This document shows positions 1-8,479 of a stretch of 26,226 bases of DNA, piece by piece. Position 1 is the stretch's first letter; every line of letters starts with the position of its first letter. The position numbers and the translations under genes were made by a program. The stretch is from a virus (taxonomy: Duplodnaviria > Caudoviricetes), in IMG/VR virus record IMGVR_UViG_3300023076_000008, positions 1 through 26,226 of that record; one strand, written 5' to 3'. The notes under the pieces are model-generated. The model did not search any database. It saw only the letters and a list, made by a program, of their open reading frames with translations, and was not told where the DNA came from.

Positions 1-183
1 GATGCCCTTGATGCTGGCGGCCGTCTTGGTGGCGTCGCGCTCTACACCCTTGGTCGACTCGCCGTCGCCGAGCTGCTTACTCGCGTCGGAGATGGCTGCG
101 CGCAGGATTCGGGAGATGCTCTGGGCAAGCCCCTTGTCGTCTGCGCGCAGCCGCACCCCGGCTTCAGCAATAATCCTAGCGAT
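1..183 (-). CDS. Tape measure protein, 5' end only (runs off the window)
   Basis: Frame reads (I/M)ARIIAEAGVRLRADDKGLAQSISRILRAAISDASKQLG..., resembling actinophage TMP N-termini. It directly follows the chaperone pair. SD-like GAGGGGGG lies 8 nt before ATC at 183; first in-frame GTG is at 156. Confidence 0.75.
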   Translation of the reverse strand, partial: MARIIAEAGVRLRADDKGLAQSISRILRAAISDASKQLGDGESTKGVERDATKTAASIKGI

Positions 184-203
184 GCTAGCCGCCCCCCTCG
201 TGC

Positions 204-560
204 CTAGCGGGACGGCTGGCGGGCCGGTCGAGCGGGCCCCTTCCGCTTCGGCGCCGGAGCACCACCGCCTGCCTCCATCCCGGCCCCTTGGCCAAGCTTG
301 CCCGCAAGCGCGCGGTGCTCAGGCAACATGCCCCAGGTCTCGCGGTCCGGCCGAAGCCGGGCCGACTGGACAACCATGGTCTTGGCCGCTGCCTGGAGCG
401 CCTCGTGCGGTGCCGCGACCCACGCCGCGTAGACCGCATCTAGCCAGTCTGCGAGCGGGGTCCGCAACGTCACGTGCGCAAGTGCCAGTTGCCCGCGAAT
501 GTACGGGCCGTAGATGGGGCTTTCCGTCAACCCGATGATCAGGATGACGGTTGCGTAGGG
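204..560 (-). CDS. Tail assembly chaperone, second (-1 frame, gpT-like) ORF
   Basis: -1 frame is open from 632 to the stop at 204 and overlaps the end of the upstream chaperone. Reads PYATVILIIGLTESPIYGPYIRGQLAL...WLDAVYA. No good SD before TTG530. Lies just upstream of the TMP. Confidence 0.65.
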   Translation of the reverse strand, partial: PYATVILIIGLTESPIYGPYIRGQLALAHVTLRTPLADWLDAVYAAWVAAPHEALQAAAKTMVVQSARLRPDRETWGMLPEHRALAGKLGQGAGMEAGGGAPAPKRKGPARPARQPSR

Positions 561-1159
561 CGGCCTGCCGCCAGGCTGGTCAAGTACTCGAACAGGTCCA
601 TCAGGTCCTTTTGCTGGATCGTCGCGTCGGACTCATCGGACATCAGCGCTGCCCAGCGTCGCCGCGACGAGCCGTACTCGATCTTCGTGAACTCGTCGGC
701 GCGATCCATCGGGATCAGCTGCCCGGCCCACTGCGCCAGCGGGTGATCCTCCGGGAGCTTGGTCGGCGCCCGGAAGCTCGGCACGTGCTCGGCCGGGGCG
801 GGGGCAAGCTCGCCCGTGAACGCCTGCGCGCCGGGCCAGTCGGGCTCCGCCTGCTCCAGCGCCAAGTTGCCGGACGGCTTCGGGGGCTCGACGAGCGTCG
901 GCTCCCAGTTGATCGGCACGCCGTCGCGGTTGTCGAGCGTGCGCGCGATCGTGGCCATCATCCCGCCCATCGCGGTGGACTCGTTCTTGCCCGCATGGAT
1001 GGCCGTCATGATCATCGCGGCGAAGTTGTCGACCCTGCGTGCCAGGAAGTGGTGCTGGATCGGCTCGTCGTCCTGCTCGACCCACAGCGCGATCGGCACC
1101 CGCTCGACGGGACCGCGACGGGCAGAGCCGAACGTCTTAACGGGGGTACGGTTTGACAT
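539..1159 (-). CDS. Tail assembly chaperone (gpG-like)
   Basis: ATG1159 with SD AAGGGAG; ends ...LAAGRPTQPSS; syntenic position between neck genes and TMP. Confidence 0.7.
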   Translation of the reverse strand: MSNRTPVKTFGSARRGPVERVPIALWVEQDDEPIQHHFLARRVDNFAAMIMTAIHAGKNESTAMGGMMATIARTLDNRDGVPINWEPTLVEPPKPSGNLALEQAEPDWPGAQAFTGELAPAPAEHVPSFRAPTKLPEDHPLAQWAGQLIPMDRADEFTKIEYGSSRRRWAALMSDESDATIQQKDLMDLFEYLTSLAAGRPTQPSS

Positions 1160-1188
1160 CGGGTTGTGCTCCCTTGGGTGAGGGTTGG

Positions 1189-1599
1189 TCACGCGGCCGC
1201 GAGGGGAAGCGACCGCGTCAGGAAGAACGTACCGGTCGTGCCGGGGTGTCGGACCTCGCGGCGGAACAACACCTGCCCGTTGATCACGAACCGGAGCATC
1301 TTGCGGCGTCGAGCCCGGATCATGTGCGCGTGCGTGCCGTCGTGCTCGAACATCACGTAAGGCGCCTGGGTGCGGGATCCGGCGACGACGTCAACGAACT
1401 GGGAGCGCGAGTCCTGCCCCGGCTGCTTGCGGATGCTCGACAGCAGCGTGCCCGTGCGGGCGCGCACCCGAAAACGCGCGCCCATCTGCACGTTGGACAT
1501 GCGACGGCTGAGGTCGTGGCCGATGTCCGCGTCGGTGATGGCGAAGACCCGCGGCTCTCCGGGGTAGAACGTGACCGAGGTCGGGCTATAGCTGATCAC
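1189..1599 (-). CDS. HK97 gp10-like tail completion/neck protein
   Basis: Motifs RTGTLLSSI, APYVMFEHDGT, LRF...VRHPGT; GTGA overlap with the upstream stop at 1596. Confidence 0.75.
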   Translation of the reverse strand: MISYSPTSVTFYPGEPRVFAITDADIGHDLSRRMSNVQMGARFRVRARTGTLLSSIRKQPGQDSRSQFVDVVAGSRTQAPYVMFEHDGTHAHMIRARRRKMLRFVINGQVLFRREVRHPGTTGTFFLTRSLPLAAA

Positions 1600-2120
1600 G
1601 ACAGGTTCACCGTGGAGATGGTGAGCTGGCCCTCCAGTCCGACGAACCCGCCACCGGGGCCGATCGGCTGAGCGTTGCCCGCCGTGATGATGGCGCTTCG
1701 GTCGATCTGGTGCAGCCGCGAGCCGATCTCCACGAGTGCCTGCGAGATCAGCCCCACGTCCCGGAGGTAGGCCACGCCCGCCGGGTGCAGCGCCGAGATT
1801 TCCGGCGGGCCGTCGCGGTCGATCGTCGGCGTGCAGCGCACTAGGCACGCGCTGAACACGGCGTGCCGCATCCCGGTCACGCTCGCGTGCGTGCCCGGCT
1901 TGGCGCTGCCCGATGCGACGTCCGGGGCGAGGCCGAGCCCCACGCCGATGATCGACACTGTGAACTGCTCGCAGTCCCACGCCACTGCCGCGGCGTCGCC
2001 GGGCGCGATGTACCTGCGATCAGGCAGCGGCACCACTGCGGACGCTGCGGCGTAGTGCGCGATCACCCCGTCGAAGATGGCAGCGCCGATCTCCGCCGTG
2101 TTGATCGCGCGTCCCGACAT
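1596..2120 (-). CDS. Putative neck/tail terminator protein
   Basis: MSGRAINTAEIG...VAWDCEQFTV...LVRC...IGPGGGFVG; lies between adaptor and gp10-like gene. Confidence 0.55.
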   Translation of the reverse strand: MSGRAINTAEIGAAIFDGVIAHYAAASAVVPLPDRRYIAPGDAAAVAWDCEQFTVSIIGVGLGLAPDVASGSAKPGTHASVTGMRHAVFSACLVRCTPTIDRDGPPEISALHPAGVAYLRDVGLISQALVEIGSRLHQIDRSAIITAGNAQPIGPGGGFVGLEGQLTISTVNLS

Positions 2121-2128
2121 GGGCCTAC

Positions 2129-2635
2129 TCACCGGGCCGACTCCTCCGCGTCCGCCACGCCGTCCAGTTTGGTGCGCTCCTTCAGTTCGGCGACGGTGAG
2201 CGCGGACGCCTGCTCTTCGGTCGCAGTGCTGAAGACCAGCTGGTAGTACGCGACCCACTCCGGCTTCAACGCGCTCTCCGCGGGCCGGGACTCCACCAGG
2301 GCAGCGAACCGCTCGGCGGCACGCTGGCGGAGGTCGGTCAACGACGGGTAGCCCTGCCCGTCCTGCGCGGCCTCCACCTCATCGGTGGTGGCGTACGCGC
2401 CGTAGAGGGACTCCAGCTCCGCGGCGAGCGCCTCCACCGCGGCCTCGTGCTCCGGGGTGTGGTGCCATCCGCCGTCGGGGATGTCGTCCGGGAACAGGTC
2501 GGTCAGTTGAACGAACTCCTCCGAGGAGAACGTAGGCAGCGGCGCGAACGGTGCGGCCTGCTCCGGCGGGTGCACGTAGGCGGGGTGCAACGGCGAGTCG
2601 ACGGGGGCGAACGGGTCGAGATGGGTCGGTTTCAC
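2129..2635 (-). CDS. Hypothetical acidic protein with a C-terminal HeH/SAP-like motif
   Basis: GTGA overlap at 2632-2635; RPAESALKPEWVAYY...LTVAELKER motif. Confidence 0.6.
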   Translation of the reverse strand: MKPTHLDPFAPVDSPLHPAYVHPPEQAAPFAPLPTFSSEEFVQLTDLFPDDIPDGGWHHTPEHEAAVEALAAELESLYGAYATTDEVEAAQDGQGYPSLTDLRQRAAERFAALVESRPAESALKPEWVAYYQLVFSTATEEQASALTVAELKERTKLDGVADAEESAR

Positions 2636-4101
2636 AGCACAGCCTTTCGGTGACGTGCGGCGGGGAGATCGGGTGACCACACGGTACCGGCCTGCGCGCG
2701 GTTGCCGGGGTTCACGCTCTTGATCCACGTGTCGACGGAGACGATGCCGACCCCGCCGTCCTTCAGGAACTCCATCGGGTCGGCGATGTCGATCGTCACC
2801 CCCTGGCGGGTGACGCTGGTCGTGCGCTGAGGAAGGCGACAGCCCTTCAGGTTGTGGAAGTCGCGCGCCAGCTCGATTGCCAGCTGGACCGCGGCCGCGC
2901 GTCCACCCGAGGGCGGGGGCTGGCCGAAGGTGTAGACGATCACCGTTTCACCCGCGCACACGTTCCACAGACCGCCGTCGATCCGCTCCAGCCACCCGGA
3001 CCGGGACAGCCGGTAGGCGGTCGGCGCGAGCACCTCGCCATCGACGGTCACCGACGTGATGGTGCCCGCGCGCCGGGCGAGGCGCACCGAGCGCGGCTGG
3101 TCCATGTGCCCGAACGGCGTGCCGGGTGCGAGGTCCCAGCAGCCACACAGCCCCCACGACTCGTGATGGTCCACGGTCATGGCTGGTACGAGTCGCGCCT
3201 CCTCCGTGCAGCCCGCCCCGTACCAGCGGCGACCGGACAGGGCCCACAGCATCTCGGAGGCGCGCACCAGCGGGTCGAGCAACTGGGCATCGGTCAAGCC
3301 CATCTCGTCCTTGATCGACTGTGGGATGTCCGCGGGGGTCGCCCACGGCGAGCACAGCACCGCCGACACCGCGGCCTGCGAGTGATCGGAGTCCGAGCCA
3401 ACCACGGACACGCCGAGCGGGAACGACATGCCGACCGAGCCCGCCGCGGCCTTGCCGCCCGCCGTGTCGAGCCCGACCGCGCCGAGCACCGTCGACACCG
3501 CGCCCGCGCCCGCCTTGTCGCCGCTCGTGTCGAGTCCCATCGGGAGCGAGAACGACACGGCACCCTGGCGGAAGTCCGCCGACGGGTCCACGTCGGTGAT
3601 GATCGGGGTGATCCAGTAGTTGGCCGCGTTCGGCGAGCCGTTGCCGGGGAACGCCAGCACCGCCCCGCCGAGCAGGGAGCCCTGCTCGGCATTCGTCGCC
3701 GTCGCCTGACTGTGGCCGACCAGTGCGCCGTTGACGACGCTCGCACCCCAGTAGGTCGCGGTGAAGCTGTAGCGGCCTCCGGGGAAGTGGACACCCACGC
3801 GGTACCGCGTGCCCGCCACGACAGGCTGAGGCGTCGCGAGCAGCACCTCCTGCCAGCCGCCCCCGGACAGCACGAACGCGGCGTCCGTGTTCGCCACCGG
3901 AGATTCGGACACCGCCTCCCAGGTGCGCGCGGTGCACGGGCCTACCACGCCGAGGTCCGGCGGCCGCCACATCCGGTAGCCCTTCAGCCACCGGCCCGCC
4001 GTGCTCACGCTCCACTCGACGCCCAGCGTGTACGGGTTGGTCCCGTCCACCGTTGTGGTGGCCGGGCCCGCCGTCGCGCCGAACAGGTCCCAGTCGGTCA
4101 C
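2632..4101 (-). CDS. Head-to-tail adaptor fused to an N-terminal DUF4082-like domain
   Basis: GTG4101 with SD AGGAG. N-terminal motifs YTLGVEW...SGGGWQEVLLATP...YRVGVH...ANYWITP. C-terminal motifs ASEMLWALSGRR...CRLPQRTTSVTRQGVT...VDTWIKSVNP...VWSPD. Confidence 0.75.
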   Translation of the reverse strand: MTDWDLFGATAGPATTTVDGTNPYTLGVEWSVSTAGRWLKGYRMWRPPDLGVVGPCTARTWEAVSESPVANTDAAFVLSGGGWQEVLLATPQPVVAGTRYRVGVHFPGGRYSFTATYWGASVVNGALVGHSQATATNAEQGSLLGGAVLAFPGNGSPNAANYWITPIITDVDPSADFRQGAVSFSLPMGLDTSGDKAGAGAVSTVLGAVGLDTAGGKAAAGSVGMSFPLGVSVVGSDSDHSQAAVSAVLCSPWATPADIPQSIKDEMGLTDAQLLDPLVRASEMLWALSGRRWYGAGCTEEARLVPAMTVDHHESWGLCGCWDLAPGTPFGHMDQPRSVRLARRAGTITSVTVDGEVLAPTAYRLSRSGWLERIDGGLWNVCAGETVIVYTFGQPPPSGGRAAAVQLAIELARDFHNLKGCRLPQRTTSVTRQGVTIDIADPMEFLKDGGVGIVSVDTWIKSVNPGNRAQAGTVWSPDLPAARHRKAVL

Positions 4102-4112
4102 GTCAGGAACTC

Positions 4113-4451
4113 CTAGGTCATCGTCGGGGTGAGACCGTACGTGCCGGGGGCGCCGTAGACCTCCGGCACGGTCAGGGGACCGCCCGTGTGGAACGTGCCG
4201 CCGGAGGACGCGGTCCACAAGCCCCAGTGCGTGGCTGTACCCGCGGCCGCGCCGATCACGGCCTCCGAGCCCGTCTTCGTGCCGGTCGCCGGGTTGGCCG
4301 CGTTCCACGTGGTCTGCCCGCGGGCCGCGCCCGTTCCGGCCATCTCGTTGGCACCGGTCGTGCCGGGGTCCGCGGTGTGCAGCGAGAACCACCGGGCAAC
4401 GGCCCCGATGGCGTCCTCTGCGACCGCCTTGCTTGCGTTGGACTGAGCCAC
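4113..4451 (-). CDS. Small virion structural protein (SLHTADPG family)
   Basis: FSLHTADPGTTGANE...ATHWGLWTASSGGTF motif, common in phage structural regions; SD GAGG. Confidence 0.7.
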   Translation of the reverse strand: MAQSNASKAVAEDAIGAVARWFSLHTADPGTTGANEMAGTGAARGQTTWNAANPATGTKTGSEAVIGAAAGTATHWGLWTASSGGTFHTGGPLTVPEVYGAPGTYGLTPTMT

Positions 4452-4478
4452 CGCGGTTTTCCTCTCGATCGAAGGGAA

Positions 4479-4508
4479 GGGCCGGAGACGACTGCTCGCC
4501 CCCGGCCC
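4479..4508 (-). terminator. Hairpin terminator after the major tail gene
   Basis: Minus-strand RNA GGGCCGGGGGCGA-gcag-UCGUCUCCGGCCC followed by UUCCCUU. Confidence 0.6.
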
Positions 4509-4543
4509 CTTTCCTCACCCGTCCGCCGGCCTGCGCCGGAGGT

Positions 4544-5527
4544 CTACGCGTCCGCCAGTACCTCAATGAAGCCGGGCGTGAGGTCCGGCAGTTCCGCGAC
4601 GCGTGCGAACTGCCACACGCGGTCGCTCGGGTACGGCCAGTCGCCCACCGGACCGTCGCCGAAGTTGGCGTTCTGCTCGGAGAACCCCTCGAACGCGGGG
4701 AGCATGGCGTCCTCTGCGCCCGCCTTCCACGCGTCCGACGGGCGGATCTTCGCCCGGCCGAGCACCCAGTGCATGTAGGGCAGGTTCGATGACACGGCGC
4801 CGTCGGACATGGCGTTGGTCCAGAACTCCAGCCCGATGCCGTTCGGCTTCGGGTCGGTGCCGACCAGCGGGGCGCGGTAGCCGATCGCGGTCGGCAGGTC
4901 CGTGCCCGGAGTCGTGGTCACGATGTTGATCGCGGGCGACGATCCGCCGGTCAGGCCGGACGCGTCCGCGGTCAGCGCAGCCGGGTTGCCCTCGGAGGTG
5001 TTGAACGTGAACACGTACGGCGTGCCGGGGCCGGGGCCACCGGTCACCGTCACGTCGCCGGGCTCCAGGCTCGTGCCCGCGAGCAGCGCCGTCTGCACTA
5101 CGCCGAACACGGCGTTGTACGCGATCGGCCCCGTGGTGTCACCCAGGTAGGTCAGGGTGAACGTGCCGCCGGTCGGCGTGCCCGTGGTGGTGGCCGTCTG
5201 GACCTCCGCAGTCGCGGGAATCTCGATGGTGTCACCGCCCATGGCGAACACCAGGAAGTTGGGGTCGGGGGTGCAGACCTGAAGCTCCGAAATGGTGCCG
5301 CGCTTCAGGCTGTCGGGCGCCCGGTAGTTCAGGCAGACCCGGCCTCCGCCGTTCTTCTGGATGATCTCCTCGCCCTCTTCGTACTCCAGGCCGATGGAAA
5401 CGGTCACCAGCGAGTCGGTGACGTACGCCTGATTGGCGCCCACGATGGGCACCCCCGACGCGTTGATGTTGGTCAGTCGGACACCCAGCGCGAAGAGGCT
5501 TCCGCTGCCGTCCCATTCACCAGCCAC
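4544..5527 (-). CDS. Major tail (tube) protein with an internal ~100 aa insertion domain
   Basis: GVRLTNINASG...EYEEGEEIIQKNGGGRVC...LQVCTPDP...GIGLEFWT...NANFGDGP; SD AGGAGAG. Confidence 0.8.
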   Translation of the reverse strand: MAGEWDGSGSLFALGVRLTNINASGVPIVGANQAYVTDSLVTVSIGLEYEEGEEIIQKNGGGRVCLNYRAPDSLKRGTISELQVCTPDPNFLVFAMGGDTIEIPATAEVQTATTTGTPTGGTFTLTYLGDTTGPIAYNAVFGVVQTALLAGTSLEPGDVTVTGGPGPGTPYVFTFNTSEGNPAALTADASGLTGGSSPAINIVTTTPGTDLPTAIGYRAPLVGTDPKPNGIGLEFWTNAMSDGAVSSNLPYMHWVLGRAKIRPSDAWKAGAEDAMLPAFEGFSEQNANFGDGPVGDWPYPSDRVWQFARVAELPDLTPGFIEVLADA

Positions 5528-5539
5528 GTTCGCTCTCCT

Positions 5540-6691
5540 CTATGCCGGGTCCGCGGCAGGGGTCGGGACGACCACCGCTAGACCGTAGTGGGTGCACGGG
5601 TCGAAGTAGGCCGCGAAGAGGCGTTCCGCGACGACCACGCGCCGGTTGATTCGGTGGTTCACGAACTCATGCGTGTCGATCTCGGACAGCCGATGGTTGA
5701 CCAGGCTGGTGGCGTAGATCCACCGCCGGTCGTCCTCCAGCTCGCCCGTCGGGCTGGTGCCCTCGTAGCCCGCGTCGGCGACGACGAGCGCCCCGGACGC
5801 GGTCCGGTACTGGTTGCCCGTCTTCACCAGGTGGTCGGCGAGGTGCGCCATAACCTGGATCGGCACGTGGATCACCACGTCCAGGCCGAGGTTCCCGGAA
5901 CGCGCCTCCTCCTCCAGCACGCCGATCCCGTCGACCGGGGTGAACCCGCCGGCGATCACAGCCGCGTCGGGCGAGGCCAGGTAGCGGTTGGTGTCGGACG
6001 GGCCTTCCGGGGTCTCGAACGGGTTGGCCTGCGTGCGCCGACCGGACCACAGCTCGCGGGCCATCTCGAACGACGTGACCGCGTCGGCCTGCTTGCGCAC
6101 CGACTCCATGTCGATCTGATCGCGGCCGCCCATGGTCGAGCACTCGCGCTCGACGCGGAAGCCGACCGGCCGGTGATAGACCTGTTCGGCCGAGTTGTCG
6201 CCGTGAAGGTCCCCGTAGACCGTGGAGCCGCCCGTGGTGGTGACGACGTTCACCGCTGGTGCCGTACCTCCGGTGAGGCCGGCGCCGTTGGCCGTGATGG
6301 TCGGCGCGTTGCCGTAGTCCTCGCGCCACGTGAACACGTAGGGACCGCCGGCAGGGCCGGTCACGACGACATCGCCGGGCTCGACGTTGGACAGCGCGTT
6401 GACGTTGGCCTGCACGACGCTGGCGGCCGCGTTGAACGCCGTCGCCGCGGTGACCTGAGCGCCGACCGAGAACGTCATGGTGCCGCCGGTCGGACCGCCG
6501 GTCACCGTCGCGGTGACGACCTCGCCCACGTTGCCCGCGCACGGGTCGAACGTGCGCGCGGTCGGACAGCGCTCAGGCAGCCAGGCGAAGCCGGACTCCC
6601 AGCGTGCGCCGTCGCGGACTTCGGGAGTCGACCGGCGCAGGTCACCAGCGGTGGGCGCAGACGCGGCGATCGGCTCAATGGGGACGAACAT
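5540..6691 (-). CDS. Second capsid protein (pentamer-like) with an internal insertion domain
   Basis: RWESGF...C, ECSTMG, VVADAGYEG, WIYAT, NRRVVVAER...FDPC motifs; immediately downstream of the MCP, as in cluster-B-type phages. Confidence 0.7.
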   Translation of the reverse strand: MFVPIEPIAASAPTAGDLRRSTPEVRDGARWESGFAWLPERCPTARTFDPCAGNVGEVVTATVTGGPTGGTMTFSVGAQVTAATAFNAAASVVQANVNALSNVEPGDVVVTGPAGGPYVFTWREDYGNAPTITANGAGLTGGTAPAVNVVTTTGGSTVYGDLHGDNSAEQVYHRPVGFRVERECSTMGGRDQIDMESVRKQADAVTSFEMARELWSGRRTQANPFETPEGPSDTNRYLASPDAAVIAGGFTPVDGIGVLEEEARSGNLGLDVVIHVPIQVMAHLADHLVKTGNQYRTASGALVVADAGYEGTSPTGELEDDRRWIYATSLVNHRLSEIDTHEFVNHRINRRVVVAERLFAAYFDPCTHYGLAVVVPTPAADPA

Positions 6692-6715
6692 CCCCTACTC
6701 CTTTCGGGAGTGCCG

Positions 6716-6754
6716 GGCCGGTGGCCGAATGAACGAATCATCCGGCCACCGGCC
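6716..6754 (-). terminator. Hairpin (terminator or attenuator) between the two capsid genes
   Basis: Perfect 12-bp inverted repeat GGCCGGTGGCCG/CGGCCACCGGCC, with extra inner ATGA/TCAT pairing. Confidence 0.65.
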
Positions 6755-6760
6755 TGCCAA

Positions 6761-8479
6761 CTAGTCTGCGGCGGACGCCGTCGAGACGGTGGCCGCGCTC
6801 TGGCCGGTGGGCTCGACCTGCGCGTAGATCGCGAGAGGCTCGATCCCGCGGTGCGTGACCGTGGAGAACTCCTCGGAGAACGTCTGGAACCGGTTCTCGG
6901 AGTTGAGGGTGGAGTCCCGCACGATGCCGAGGTCGAGTTCCCCGCCGTCCAGGTAGAGCCAGTCGCCCTCGCGGTACAACAGCATGTTGACGGTGCCGGG
7001 GAAGCCGGGCACCTCCGTGTTGGCAGCGGCCAGCGAGTACAGCTGGTTCGCGGTGACGACGTCCGGGTCCGGCACGGTGATGTCGGCCGGGTTGATGCCG
7101 TCCAGGTGCCACGTGATATTGATGTTGCGAACGCGGAACCACTCGTCGATCATCGCGTCGGTGACGGCGAGCGAGATCAGGCCATCGCCCACCATCTGCC
7201 GGGTGACGTCCGCGCGGATCAGGTTGCGGGCCCACGCGGGCAGGATGGCGCGCAGCGACGGGGCGTCGCCCAGGCGGTGCACGCTCCGGTAGTAGGCGGT
7301 GATCTTGTCCATGGTGACCAGCAGGTCACGCACGGCACCGAGCAGGCGGTTCGTGTACAGCGGCTTGGAGGCCGCGGTCATCAGCGTGAGGATCTTGTTC
7401 TCCGCGATGCGCGCGTGCGCCACCATCTGCGCCTGGAGCTGCGCGTCCATAAGCTCCGGGTCGAACCGGGTGCTCATGTTCGAGAACTGCAAGCACGCGT
7501 AGAGCGCTTCCACTTCGGCCACGATCAGGCCGGGGCACGTGACCTCAAAGCAGGTCTTCGGCACGATCGGGTCCGCAATGTCGTTCGCTTCGGTCCACGT
7601 GCCGATACCGCCGGTCTGGGTGACACCTTCCACCGCGGCACGGTAGGTGATGCCGCCGCGGTCGGCGCCGAAGCGGGCAAGCGCGTCGCGCACCGGACGA
7701 TCGGCATCACCGACGACCGGCACGTCCCACAGCACCTCCAGCGGAGCGCAGAGACCCGCGGCGACAAGCGCGTTGTCCGTCGCGTGGCGGTTCTGCGCGT
7801 CCTTGACGACCGCCTCCACCTTCAGCAGGTTCGCGAACGGGGTCGAGTCCGCGCTGAGGTGCCGGTCCTCCTCGTAGCCCCAGGTCACCTTGGCTAGCGG
7901 GATCTTGCCGGTCGCGCCCGCGTCCTTCAGCGCACGGCGCCGGTTGGCGAACACCGTGGCCAGACCCTCGCGCGTGGCGATGTCGGAGTCGGTCGCGTTC
8001 GCGCCGGGCAGCGCCGTCATCACGGCGCCCGTGGTGCGCGAGCGCCGGTAGGCGCCACCCGAGTTCGGGCGCGGCGTGCCACCCAGCGGACGACCGCCAG
8101 CAGCGGTCACGGCCGAGCCACCCTCGGGGGCCGGGGTCGGCTCCGGGGTGGTCGGCGTCTCCGCGGGCGGAGTCGTCGGCTCCGGGGTCGTCGGCGTGGT
8201 CGGGGCGGGCTCGGCCGGCGGCGTCTCGACGGGCAGCTCGGTCAGCTCGGCGAGCGCGGCCAGCTCGGCGGACTGCGTGTTCGCCAACTCCGCGCGGCGA
8301 GCGCGCTCCCCGGACAGCTCACGGGCCGCCTTCGCGAGCGAGCTCACGGCGGCGGCGCTCTCCGTGGTGACGGGAGCCGTCCTGTACTGAGCGCCCGCGG
8401 CGGACACGGCGGCGATAGCCTCGCGCAGCTCCGCGTCGGTCGCGTCACCGAGTCGGGCGATGACCTCGTTGAAGTCCAC
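6761..8479 (-). CDS. Major capsid (hexamer) protein with N-terminal scaffold-like coiled coil and Pro/Thr linker
   Basis: ALVAAGLCAPLEVLWD, PKTCFEVTCP, LDGGELDLGIVRDSTLNSENRFQTFSEEF motifs; SD AGAGG. Confidence 0.85.
   Translation of the reverse strand: MDFNEVIARLGDATDAELREAIAAVSAAGAQYRTAPVTTESAAAVSSLAKAARELSGERARRAELANTQSAELAALAELTELPVETPPAEPAPTTPTTPEPTTPPAETPTTPEPTPAPEGGSAVTAAGGRPLGGTPRPNSGGAYRRSRTTGAVMTALPGANATDSDIATREGLATVFANRRRALKDAGATGKIPLAKVTWGYEEDRHLSADSTPFANLLKVEAVVKDAQNRHATDNALVAAGLCAPLEVLWDVPVVGDADRPVRDALARFGADRGGITYRAAVEGVTQTGGIGTWTEANDIADPIVPKTCFEVTCPGLIVAEVEALYACLQFSNMSTRFDPELMDAQLQAQMVAHARIAENKILTLMTAASKPLYTNRLLGAVRDLLVTMDKITAYYRSVHRLGDAPSLRAILPAWARNLIRADVTRQMVGDGLISLAVTDAMIDEWFRVRNINITWHLDGINPADITVPDPDVVTANQLYSLAAANTEVPGFPGTVNMLLYREGDWLYLDGGELDLGIVRDSTLNSENRFQTFSEEFSTVTHRGIEPLAIYAQVEPTGQSAATVSTASAAD

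Noticed and set aside
1142-1152. GGGGGTACGGT in the chaperone gene as a twelfth, antisense promoter
   Set aside because: No TTG-type -35 at 17-18 nt and no GTA prefix or leader; plausible by chance in coding DNA.
5588-7897. Long plus-strand ORFs (also 10924-13212, 13869-16205, 18043-19686, 24567-26015, 2854-4116)
   Set aside because: Antisense shadows of high-GC minus-strand genes: Arg/Gly/His-rich, no motifs, and overlapping recognisable genes.
8125-8230. Tandem repeats encoding PTTPEPT in the MCP
   Set aside because: Ordinary low-complexity linker between scaffold and capsid domains.
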